From Escherichia phage ECML-134, in the sequence record JX128259: 64,000 nucleotides of DNA; one strand, 5' to 3'. The translations under genes and the position numbers were made by a program. This document shows, in pieces, positions 44,497 to 54,700 of this stretch. Numbering within the stretch: position 1 is the stretch's first letter; each line of letters starts with the position of its first letter. The notes under the pieces were generated by a model. That model worked only from the letters and a program-made list of their open reading frames with translations. It had not been told where the DNA came from and did not search any database.

Positions 44497-45512
44497 CATT
44501 ATGTTCAGATAAGGTCGTTAATCTTACCCCGGAATTATATCCAGCTGCATGTCACCATGCAGAGCAGACTATATCTCCAACTTGTTAAAGCAAGTTGTCT
44601 ATCGTTTCGAGTCACTTGACCCTACTCCCCAAAGGGATAGTCGTTAGGCATTTATGTAGAACCAATTCCATTTATCAGATTTTACACGATAAGTAACTAA
44701 TCCAGACGAAATTTTAAAATGTCTAGCTGCATCTGCTGCACATTCAAAAATAACCCCATCACATGAAATCTTTTTAATATTACTAGGCTTTTTACCTTTC
44801 ATCTTTTCTGATATTTTAGATTTAGTTATGTCTGAATGCTTATGATTAAAGAATGAATTATTTTCACCTGAACGATTTCTGCATTTACTACAAGTATAAG
44901 CAGAAGTTTGTATGCGAACACCACACTTACAAAACTTATGGGTTTCTGGATTCCAACGCCCATTTTCACTTCCATATTTACCATAAAGAGCTTTTCGGCC
45001 TTTTACGCCGAGTTTAAGCATATTTACTTTAACAGTTTCAGAGCGTTTCTTGATAATTTCTTCTTTTAATGGATGTGTAGAACATGTATCACCAAACGTT
45101 GCATCAGCAATATTGTATCCATTAATTTTAGAATTAAGCTCTTTAATCCAAAAATTTTCTCGTTCAATAATCAAATCTTTCTCATATGGAATTTCTTCCA
45201 AAATAGAACATTCAAACACATTACCATGTTTGTTAAAAGACCTCTGAAGTTTTATAGAAGAATGGCATCCTTTTTCTAAATCTTTAAAATGCCTCTTCCA
45301 TCTCTTTTCAAAATCTTTAGCACTTCCTACATATACTTTATTGTTTAAAGTATTTTTAATCTGATAAATTCCACTTTTCATAAATACCTCTTTAAATATA
45401 GAAGTATTTATTAAAGGGCAGTCCTACAATTTAGCACGGGATTGTCTACTAGAGAGGTTCCCCGTTTAGATAGATTACAAGTATAAGTCACCTTATACTC
45501 AGGCCTCAATTA
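44497..45512 (-). mobile_element. Group I self-splicing intron in td (1016 nt) carrying I-TevI
   Basis: Intron 5' end TAATTGAGGCCTGAGTATAAGGTGACTTATACTTGTAATCTATC matches the recalled T4 td intron; length 1016 nt; exons sum to 286 codons. Confidence 0.92.
44644..45381 (-). CDS. I-TevI: I-TevI GIY-YIG intron homing endonuclease
   Basis: 245 aa inside the td intron; GIY-YIG motif GIYQIKNTLNNKVYVGSA and C-terminal zinc-finger/DNA-binding region. Confidence 0.95.
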   Translation of the reverse strand: MKSGIYQIKNTLNNKVYVGSAKDFEKRWKRHFKDLEKGCHSSIKLQRSFNKHGNVFECSILEEIPYEKDLIIERENFWIKELNSKINGYNIADATFGDTCSTHPLKEEIIKKRSETVKVNMLKLGVKGRKALYGKYGSENGRWNPETHKFCKCGVRIQTSAYTCSKCRNRSGENNSFFNHKHSDITKSKISEKMKGKKPSNIKKISCDGVIFECAADAARHFKISSGLVTYRVKSDKWNWFYINA

Positions 45513-46061
45513 ACCCAAGAAAACATCTACTGAGCGTTGATACCATTGAAGGTCAAGGTATCCATTACGCACATTAAACTGATAGAACATATGACAAGGC
45601 GGTAATGCCATATATTTAAGTTCAGCTGGATTCCATGCAGAAACAATTTGACGCCTATCATTTGGCAATTTTTTAATACGATCAACAACTTCTATAATTT
45701 GGTCTACACCGCCAAAATCGCGCCATTGTTTTCCATAAATTGGACCAAGTTCACCGCTATGGTATCCTAAATCTTTTGCTTGATTTTCGTAATTTTCATC
45801 CCAGACTGTTTTGCCTTGAATTAATGAATCATGTTGAATTAATCGTAAATCATTGACATTTGTGCTTCCCGATAAAAACCATATTAGCTCAGCAATGCAA
45901 GCTTTCCAGGCGAGCTTCTTAGTTGTTACTGCAGGAAAACCTTTAGTTAAATCCCAGCGTAATTTAGTACCGAACAAAGCAATTGTTCCTGTGCCCGTTC
46001 TGTCATCGGTTTCATAGCCATTTTCAAAAATGTCTTTAATTAAATCTTGGTATTGTTTCAT
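45513..46061 (-). CDS. td: Thymidylate synthase exon 1 (183 codons)
   Basis: MKQYQDLIKDIFENGY...; exon ends ...TTCTTGGGT at the 5' splice site. Confidence 0.95.
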
Positions 46062-46106
46062 TTAGTACCTTATATAAATTATAATACATTTTATGAAGCT
46101 AAATAA

Positions 46107-46454
46107 TCAATACGGTTTAGCATCAAATTTTCTCTCAATTTCAGGCGTGAAATATAATTCTTTACCGCGTTTGGAAAAGCGACCAATAATATGATAATTA
46201 TTCTCATCAAACGTAATATTACCAATATCCATAGCTTTCAACCAAATATCGATATTTCTATCCAGCTTTATGTCAAAATTCCAATACGGAGAACTATTAC
46301 CGAAAATACTGCAAGCAGATTCAGTGAAACAACTGCTATAAATCTTGTCTTTAGGAACTACTAATTGATAGACACCTTTAATAAACTGAGGACCCTGCCA
46401 TTTAGGTTGTTTCACGTCTTTTTCTAATAGAATAGGGTAATAATTAAAATTCAT
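46107..46454 (-). CDS. Hypothetical protein encoded between frd and td
   Basis: ORF with GTG at 46466 or ATG at 46454 (MNFNYYPILLEK...), about 115 codons; no motif I recognise. Confidence 0.6.
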   Translation of the reverse strand: MNFNYYPILLEKDVKQPKWQGPQFIKGVYQLVVPKDKIYSSCFTESACSIFGNSSPYWNFDIKLDRNIDIWLKAMDIGNITFDENNYHIIGRFSKRGKELYFTPEIERKFDAKPY

Positions 46455-46474
46455 ATTTTCCGCCACGCGTTATT

Positions 46475-47301
<827 letters not shown>

Positions 47302-47311
47302 ATTATTTTCC

Positions 47312-47554
47312 TCAGACAGACTTTTTCACAATTTTCCAATCAGCTTTAAACTGCTCGACGTCAGAATGGTAAATCCAGAATCCTGCGCTTTCTCCGTCTT
47401 CATAAAGAGGACATCCATCGCATTCATCTTCCCATCCCATATCACGTAAAAGATGTTCAGCTTTTTCAACAAGTTCAGAATCTTTACCGATGATATTAAA
47501 ATACCATTTACCTCTAACTTCCGAATCTTTAATGCTCTGACGTTGTAATCTCAT
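47312..47554 (-). CDS. Small protein (frd.2 position)
   Basis: 80 aa; AAGGAG Shine-Dalgarno. Confidence 0.7.
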   Translation of the reverse strand: MRLQRQSIKDSEVRGKWYFNIIGKDSELVEKAEHLLRDMGWEDECDGCPLYEDGESAGFWIYHSDVEQFKADWKIVKKSV

Positions 47555-47692
47555 TTTATTCTCCTTAGCAAGCTTTAATCAAAAGATATAAACAAACCAA
47601 CATAACTGCTGCCATAATATAAGGTGCGAACATTTTCTTTTCTCCATTAGTTTTGATAGGGTAATAGTATCACACTACTACCCTGTTGTAAA

Positions 47693-48079
47693 CTACTTTT
47701 TGAAAGTTTTTCGCAAAAGTTCAATGATTTCATCTACATTGTTTTCATCTACAATGCAGTGAATTTTTGTTACACCAGAAACCTTGTCTTTAACTTCATC
47801 CTCTTCAGAAGTCGGTTCTTTATATTCGCGGAAACAATAAAACTCTTCTTCACTAAGTTCAAAATAATCATCACCCATACCATCATCATTATAGATTTCA
47901 CCATTAGCACAAATGATTTCGGTTACATAATCAAATCCATCTAAACTTGATATTGATTTAACTTCAAACCAACCACCATTTTCTTGAATGATGCCGACCA
48001 TATTAGCATTTGATGAACTAATATCAATGAAAGATTTAATACGGTGTGGATTTAACTCGTATTTTTTGCCGATTTCCAT
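47693..48079 (-). CDS. Acidic protein (frd.3 position)
   Basis: 128 aa from ATG at 48079 with GAGGAAAA upstream; the ORF-track start at 48136 is TTG and runs through a hairpin. Confidence 0.65.
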   Translation of the reverse strand: MEIGKKYELNPHRIKSFIDISSSNANMVGIIQENGGWFEVKSISSLDGFDYVTEIICANGEIYNDDGMGDDYFELSEEEFYCFREYKEPTSEEDEVKDKVSGVTKIHCIVDENNVDEIIELLRKTFKK

Positions 48080-48125
48080 TTTGATTTTCCTCATTTTTAA
48101 TAGGGGCTTAATAGCCCCTTGATAA

Positions 48126-48353
48126 TTATTGTTCAATCAGTCCCATGTAAAATTCTGCGTCTTCAGCATCCATACCGTCGCAGTATTCATTAGCCATAAA
48201 GCGGGTGAGGTCTTCAAGAGGACCTTCAATAACGATTTGAATACTCCAAAACTTAGAATCTTGCACGCTTGTAATACTAAGTTCAGGATAACGATTACGA
48301 ATAATCTCTTCAATATATTCAAAATCAACGATGTCAATATCAACTTTAGCCAT
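48126..48353 (-). CDS. Small acidic protein downstream of gene 32
   Basis: 75 aa from ATG at 48353 (MAKVDIDIV...) with GAGGAAAA upstream. Confidence 0.6.
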   Translation of the reverse strand: MAKVDIDIVDFEYIEEIIRNRYPELSITSVQDSKFWSIQIVIEGPLEDLTRFMANEYCDGMDAEDAEFYMGLIEQ

Positions 48354-48396
48354 ATTATTTTCCTCTTCAATTATTAGCAGTATTGCTGATAGTTGT

Positions 48397-48426
48397 ATAG
48401 TACCATGGAAGGACAAGGATGTAAAC
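48397..48426 (-). promoter_or_regulatory. T4-type early promoter (-35 GTTTAC, -10 TACTAT)
   Basis: On the - strand: GTTTAC, 18-nt spacer, TACTAT, upstream of the 48126..48353 ORF. Confidence 0.5.
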
Positions 48427-48445
48427 AGTTTTGTGAAAAATTTTT

Positions 48446-48476
48446 AAAATAAAAAAGGGGACCTCTAGGGTCCCCA
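48446..48476 (-). terminator. Rho-independent terminator of gene 32 (GGGGACCCuagaGGUCCCC plus U-run)
   Basis: Perfect GC stem then TTTTTTTATTTT on the - strand, 20 nt after the gene 32 stop. Confidence 0.75.
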
Positions 48477-48497
48477 ATTAATTAGTAATATAATCTA

Positions 48498-49406
48498 TTA
48501 AAGGTCATTCAAAAGGTCATCCAGGTCCGTGTCATCAGCACTAGATGAACTGCCAGAGCTTGAGCTCATAAAATCATCTTCAGTTTTTGTATTGAAGTCA
48601 TCAACATTGAATGCATCCAAATCATCAGCAACTTTATCAGCTTTCTTAGCAGCAGTCGCTGCGGCACCACCCATTGCAGCAGTTCCCATAACTTGACCGA
48701 ATTTAGTGCTCAGTTCTTCAAATGATTTGAATTTATCTTTAGAAGTCATTTCAGAAAGGTCAACCATTTGTTCGAACAGTTCTTTCTGGAAAGATTCATC
48801 GTCAATGTTTGGAATCGCAGATTGATTCAGGAATTTAGATTCGTCGTAGTTACTAAAACCAGAAACTTGTTTAACTTTCAGTACAAAGTTAGCACCTTCC
48901 CACGGACAAGTTACATCAACCGGAGTTTCACCCATTTCAACATCAACTGCAATCATTGCATTGATTTTATCCCAGATTTTCTTACCGAAACGATATTTAA
49001 ATACTTTACCTTCGTTTTCTGGAGCAGCTGGGTCTTTTACAACAAGAATGTTAGCCCAGTAAGAAGTTTTACGTTTAACAAGACTGTACTCTTTATTGTC
49101 AGTGTTGTACAAATCATTTTTACTGATGTACTGACATACTGGACAAGAATCGTAATCACCGTAGGTAGATGAGCATGTTTCGATATACCATTTACCATTT
49201 TTCTTGAAACCGTGATTTACAAGAAGTGCGAATGGTGCTTGTTCATCATTTTTAGACGGAAGAAAACGAATTACTGCTTGGCCGTTACCCGCATTGTCGA
49301 GTTTCAGTTTCCACTCGCCTTTATCTTCAGAAGAAAAACCACCTTTATTTCCAGCCAGTTTAGCCATTTGCGCAGCGAGTTCAGCAGTAGATTTACGTTT
49401 AAACAT
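48498..49406 (-). CDS. 32: Single-stranded DNA-binding protein gp32
   Basis: Matches recalled T4 gp32 including the acidic, Ser-rich C-terminus. Confidence 0.97.
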   Translation of the reverse strand: MFKRKSTAELAAQMAKLAGNKGGFSSEDKGEWKLKLDNAGNGQAVIRFLPSKNDEQAPFALLVNHGFKKNGKWYIETCSSTYGDYDSCPVCQYISKNDLYNTDNKEYSLVKRKTSYWANILVVKDPAAPENEGKVFKYRFGKKIWDKINAMIAVDVEMGETPVDVTCPWEGANFVLKVKQVSGFSNYDESKFLNQSAIPNIDDESFQKELFEQMVDLSEMTSKDKFKSFEELSTKFGQVMGTAAMGGAAATAAKKADKVADDLDAFNVDDFNTKTEDDFMSSSSGSSSSADDTDLDDLLNDL

Positions 49407-49500
49407 TTTTATTTCCTTTTTAATTTAATTAACAGTTGGTGCTATGACGATGTATGACCTCATAGCTGGTCAGTGAGATAATTATAATCTATTTATAATA
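49407..49500 (-). promoter_or_regulatory. Gene 32 leader: late promoter (TATAAATA on -, 49490-49497) and AU-rich 5'UTR, likely the autoregulatory translational operator
   Basis: TATAAATA on the - strand, then a structured segment, then the AU-rich tract TTAATTAAATTAAAAAGGAAATAAAA before the ATG. Confidence 0.55.
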
Positions 49501-49505
49501 AGCAA

Positions 49506-50159
49506 TTAATACTTGCAAGATTTCACAGTTTCAATGAAAACATTTTTAGCTTTCTGTGAATCAATATTTAAAATTTTTCTATAAGCCTTTAACTTTATAG
49601 AATAATTATTCCAGACTAAATTATCAGTCTGTTCATCATGTTTATCAATTATATTTAAAAACGAATCAAGCAAGATAAACGTTTCAAACGAAATTATATT
49701 CGATTGAAGTAGTTTAAAAATATAACTTGATTGAACTTTTGGATTATACTCAAAGATTTCTTTAAAAGCAGAAACTTCAACTTTTTTACTAAAATAGTAA
49801 ATATTGCGAATATCTTCTTCAAACTTAAATTTAATTTGCTTTAAGCGTCCGATATATTCACGATAAAACACAAGTGCATCAGCGTCAGAGATGTCACCAA
49901 TCCAAGCATCTTGGTTAGCAACCAAATTACTTATAAAAATTAAAGCAAGTTCCTTTAATTTATATTTTTCTGATAACTTCTGGAAAAAATACTTATCCCT
50001 TCGCTTTTGATAAGCGGCATCAGACACCCGCATGCACCAATTATACTTAATAACATCATACTTTCCATTCATATGCTGTTTTATCATTAAGTATAATTTA
50101 TAAACTGATTTACCATCAATGTATCTTTCACCACCAGCAGGCATGCGGAGTTTAATCAT
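49506..50159 (-). CDS. 59: gp59 helicase loader
   Basis: 217 aa, matches recalled T4 gp59. Confidence 0.95.
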   Translation of the reverse strand: MIKLRMPAGGERYIDGKSVYKLYLMIKQHMNGKYDVIKYNWCMRVSDAAYQKRRDKYFFQKLSEKYKLKELALIFISNLVANQDAWIGDISDADALVFYREYIGRLKQIKFKFEEDIRNIYYFSKKVEVSAFKEIFEYNPKVQSSYIFKLLQSNIISFETFILLDSFLNIIDKHDEQTDNLVWNNYSIKLKAYRKILNIDSQKAKNVFIETVKSCKY

Positions 50160-50494
50160 AGTAGAAAATCTAATGTATTAGTTTTTTCACAACGAACAAC
50201 AGGAGGACGTAAAAGATTTTCGTCAATGGCTTCTGACTGAATTTTTTCAATTATACCCGAAGGAATAAATTTAGCAAATTGAGTTTCAGGAATAGAGTTT
50301 TCTTCCAAGAATGCTGTCGTAGCTTCAAGATAACTCATTCCAAACTCTTCTACCATTTTTTCAATAATAAATCCATTTTCTTGACGATCAAGAAGCTTTG
50401 CTATTTCATCCTTTTCTTTTTTGATTGAAAGTTCTTTTTCTGAAAGACCGGTCTCATCGACCGGACGAATATCATTTAGAGAAAACTGTGTCAT
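50156..50494 (-). CDS. 33: gp33 late-transcription co-activator
   Basis: 112 aa from MTQFSLNDIRP...; overlaps the dsbA 3' end. Confidence 0.9.
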   Translation of the reverse strand: MTQFSLNDIRPVDETGLSEKELSIKKEKDEIAKLLDRQENGFIIEKMVEEFGMSYLEATTAFLEENSIPETQFAKFIPSGIIEKIQSEAIDENLLRPPVVRCEKTNTLDFLL

Positions 50495-50741
50495 AAAGTT
50501 CAACTACCTCTTCAGTTTCAGCTTCAAACACATCACGATTATCTTTATGATACAAAGCTAATAGACGATTAAACATCTTACCATCAACGCCAAGTTCATC
50601 TTTAGCACGAATTCGAATATCTTTAATCAGTTCATTATAACCGGAAATTTTCAGTTTATGATCAGATGCTTCTTTAATAAATTTAGCCAAGTCTTCGCCA
50701 TGGATAGCTTCATCAAATTCAACCATTTCTTTTTTAGCCAT
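50472..50741 (-). CDS. dsbA: DsbA double-stranded DNA-binding protein
   Basis: 89 aa, T4 position between rnh and 33. Confidence 0.88.
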   Translation of the reverse strand: MAKKEMVEFDEAIHGEDLAKFIKEASDHKLKISGYNELIKDIRIRAKDELGVDGKMFNRLLALYHKDNRDVFEAETEEVVELYDTVFSK

Positions 50742-50749
50742 TATTCACC

Positions 50750-51667
50750 TCAAAATTCATTAATGCTATTAGTTAATTTAGAAAGACCCGCTTTTACAAA
50801 ATATGAATAAATTTTGCCACGCGGTGGTAATTTATATGAATTATAGTAATTCACAATGTTTGAAGCAATATTATCAGGAATATAATCAAAATCAATTAGA
50901 ACTAAATTTTCTTTATAACGATTATATTCAGATTCTGTGAGAAGCACCTTAGCTTGCTCACGGTCATTAGCAATAGCTTCAACGATTGAAGTTTTCATTG
51001 AAGGAGTTCGTTCACCTTCAACTCTGGTAAACCAAAAGTCAGATCGTACTTTAACTGAAGCAACGTTATCCTTTTTGTCGCCTTTAAGGATTTTAGTCAT
51101 ACAGTCAATTTCAGCAGAACCGCTTTTAATTTTAACCCATTTCTTATGCATCGGTGACCATTGCTTAACATTTGGATATTTGTGAAGCTGTGTAAAGTCA
51201 CCATCCGATGAAATGATTAAAATCTTATGTCCTTCTAAAGAGAACTTTTTAACAAGAACAGCAATGTGGTCATCTGCTTCATACTTATCAATATCCATAA
51301 CAATGTATGGCATATAAGCTTTCAATTCATCTATAACTTTATGGCTGGATTCAAAATAACCTTCCCAGTCCCAAGTAGATTCTTCTCGTGCTTTTCCACG
51401 GTTTTTCTTGTAATAGTAAGCGAAATCACGACGCCAGTATCCAGATTTCGCGTTATCAATACACAGCACAATTTTAGTGTATCCAAGCGTTTTTGCTTTT
51501 TTGACATTAAACTTAATTGAGTTCAATATCAAATGACGAACCATCGATAAATTAATTTTTTCTTTATCTGGGAAGTTTACCAGAGCAGTTGAAAGAGCAA
51601 TTTGACTAAAGTCGATAAAGCAAATTCCTTCTTTGTAATCTTCATCCAGCATCATTTCTAAATCCAT
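50750..51667 (-). CDS. rnh: RNase H (5'-3' exonuclease / flap endonuclease)
   Basis: 305 aa from MDLEMMLDEDYKEG... (GAGG upstream); matches recalled T4 RNase H. Confidence 0.95.
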   Translation of the reverse strand: MDLEMMLDEDYKEGICFIDFSQIALSTALVNFPDKEKINLSMVRHLILNSIKFNVKKAKTLGYTKIVLCIDNAKSGYWRRDFAYYYKKNRGKAREESTWDWEGYFESSHKVIDELKAYMPYIVMDIDKYEADDHIAVLVKKFSLEGHKILIISSDGDFTQLHKYPNVKQWSPMHKKWVKIKSGSAEIDCMTKILKGDKKDNVASVKVRSDFWFTRVEGERTPSMKTSIVEAIANDREQAKVLLTESEYNRYKENLVLIDFDYIPDNIASNIVNYYNSYKLPPRGKIYSYFVKAGLSKLTNSINEF

Positions 51668-51696
51668 ATGAACCTCGTTCAATTAGTGAGATTTCT

Positions 51697-51726
51697 ATTA
51701 TATACTATCTAAATCTTAAAGTAAAC
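51697..51726 (-). promoter_or_regulatory. T4-type early promoter for rnh (-35 GTTTAC, -10 TATAAT)
   Basis: On the - strand: GTTTAC, 18-nt spacer, TATAAT, about 30 nt upstream of the rnh ATG. Confidence 0.6.
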
Positions 51727-51729
51727 AGG

Positions 51730-51737
51730 TATAAATA
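51730..51737 (+). promoter_or_regulatory. Late promoter TATAAATA upstream of gene 34
   Basis: Exact TATAAATA 35 nt upstream of the gene 34 ATG, back-to-back with the rnh early promoter. Confidence 0.6.
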
Positions 51738-51771
51738 CTTATTATTGAAAACACAATAGGAGCCCGGGAGA

Positions 51772-54700
51772 ATGGCCGAGATTAAAAGAAAGTTCAGAGC
51801 AGAAGATGGTCTGGACGCAGGTGGCGATAAAATAATCAACGTAGCTTTAGCTGATCGTACCGTAGGAACTGACGGTGTTAACGTTGATTACTTAATTCAA
51901 GAAAACACAGTTCAGCAATATGATCCAACTCGTGGATATTTAAAAGATTTTGTAATCATTTATAATAATCGTTTTTGGGCAGCAACGGATAATATTCCAA
52001 AACCTGCTGGAAATTTTAATAGAATTCGTTGGAAAGCATTACGTACTGATGCCGTATATACAACCGTATCATCTGGACCATATCAATTAAAATCCGGAGA
52101 AGCAATTTCAGTAGATACATCAGTTGGCAATGACATTGAATTTACTTTACCACCTTCTCCGCTTGATGGAGAAACCGTAATAATTCAAGATATCGGTGGA
52201 AAACCTGGCATAAATCAGGTTAAAATAAATTCTTCAAATCAGAGTATTGTCAATTTTAGAGGTGAACAGGTACGTTCAGTTTTAATGACTCATCCAAAGT
52301 CACAGATGGTATTCATTTTTAATAATCGTTTGTGGCAAATGTATATTGCTGATTATAGCAGAGAAGCTGCGATTGTTACTCCATCGACTGCATATCAAGC
52401 ACAATCTAATGATTTTATCGTACGTAGATTTACTTCTGCCGCACCGATTAATGTTAAACTTCCAAGATTTGCCAATCATGGAGATATCATTAATTTCGTT
52501 GATTTAGATAAATTAAATCCACTTTATCATACAATTGTTACAACATATGATGAAACGACGTCAGTGCAAGAAGTTGGAACTCATTCCATTGAAGGCCGTA
52601 CATCGATTGACGGTTTCTTGATGTTTGATGATAATGAGAAATTGTGGAGATTGTTTGACGGGGATAGTAAAGCACGTTTACGCATTATAACAACTAATTC
52701 TAATATTCGTCCAAATGAAGAAGTCATGGTATTTGGCGCGAATAACGGAACAACTCAGACAATTGAGCTTCAGCTTCCGACTGATATTTCTGTTGGTGAT
52801 ACTGTTAAAATTTCCATGAATTACATGAGAAAAGGACAAACAGTTAAAATCAAAGCTGCCGGTGAAGATAAAATTGCTTCTTCAGTTCAATTGCTGCAAT
52901 TCCCAAAACGTTCAGAATATCCGCCTGAAGCTGAATGGGTAACAGTTCAAGAATTAGTTTTTAACGGTGAAACTAATTATGTTCCAGTTTTACAACTTGC
53001 TTATATAGAAGATTCTGATGGAAAATACTGGGTTGTACAGCAAAACGTTCCAACTGTAGAAAGAGTAGACTCTTTAAATGCTTCTACTAGAGCAAGATTA
53101 GGCGTAATTGCTTTAGCTACGCAAGCTCAAGCAAATGCTGATTTAGAAAGTTCTCCACAAAAAGAATTGGCAATTACTCCAGAAACGTTAGCTAATCGTA
53201 CTGCTACAGAAACTCGCAGAGGTATTGCAAGAATAGCAACTACTGCTCAAGTGAATCAGAACACCACATTCTCTTTTGCGGATGACCTTATCATCACTCC
53301 TAAAAAGCTGAATGAAAGAACTGCTACAGAAACTCGTAGAGGTGTTGCTGAAATTGCTACGCAGCAGGAAACTAATACAGGTACTGATGATACTACAATC
53401 ATCACTCCTAAAAAGCTTCAAGCTCGTCAAGGTTCTGAATCATTATCTGGTATTGTAACTTTTGTATCTACGGCGAGTGCTACTCCAGCTTCTAGTCGTG
53501 AATTAAATGGTACAAATGTTTATAATAAAAACACTAATAATTTAGTTGTTTCGCCAAAAGCACTTGATCAGTATAAAGCTACTCCAACGCAACAAGGCGC
53601 AGTAATTTTAGCAGTTGAAAGTGAAGTAATTGCTGGACAAAGCCAAGAAGGATGGGCAAATGCGGTTGTAACGCCAGAAACGTTACATAAAAAGACATCA
53701 ACTGATGGAAGAATTGGTTTAATTGAAATTGCTACGCAAAGTGAAGTTAATACAGGAACTGACTATACTCGTGCAGTCACTCCTAAAACTTTAAATGACC
53801 GTAGAGCAACTGAAAGTTTAAGTGGTATAGCTGAAATTGCTACGCAAGTTGAATTCGACGCAGGCGTCGACGATACTCGTATCTCTACACCATTAAAAAT
53901 TAAAACCAGATTTAATAGTACTGATCGTACTTCTGTTGCTACTCTATCTGGATTAGTTGAATCAGGAACTCTCTGGGACCATTATACCCTTAATATTCTT
54001 GAAGCAAATGAGACACAGCGTGGTACACTTCGTGTAGCTACACAAGTTGAAGCTGCTGCAGGAACATTAGATAATGTTTTAATAACTCCTAAAAAGCTTT
54101 TAGGTACTAAATCTACTGAAGCGCAAGAAGGTGTTATTAAAGTTGCAACTCAGTCTGAAACTGTGACTGGAACATCAGCAAATACTGCTGTATCTCCAAA
54201 AAATTTAAAGTGGATTGTGCAGAGTGAACCAACTTGGGCAGCAACTACTCTGATAAGAGGGTTTGTTAAAACTTCATCTGGTTCAATTACATTCGTTGGT
54301 AATGATACCGTTGGTTCAACGCAGTCATTAGAATCATATGAGAAAAATGGTTATGCAGTATCACCATATGAATTAAATCGCGTATTAGCAAATTATTTGC
54401 CATTAAAAGCAAAAGCTGTAGATAGTAATTTATTAGATGGTCTAGATTCGCTCCAGTTCATTCGTAGGGACATTGCACAAACAGTTAATGGTTCACTAAC
54501 CTTAACCCAACAAACGAATCTGAGTGCCCCTCTTGTATCATCTAGTACTGCTACATTCGGTGGATCAGTTTCAGCAAATAGTACATTAACTATTTCTAAT
54601 ACTGGAACGGCAACTCGTCTGATTTTTGAGAAAGGACCTCAAACTGGAACAAACCCGGCTCAAACGATGACAGTCAGAGTGTGGGGAAATCAATTTAGTG

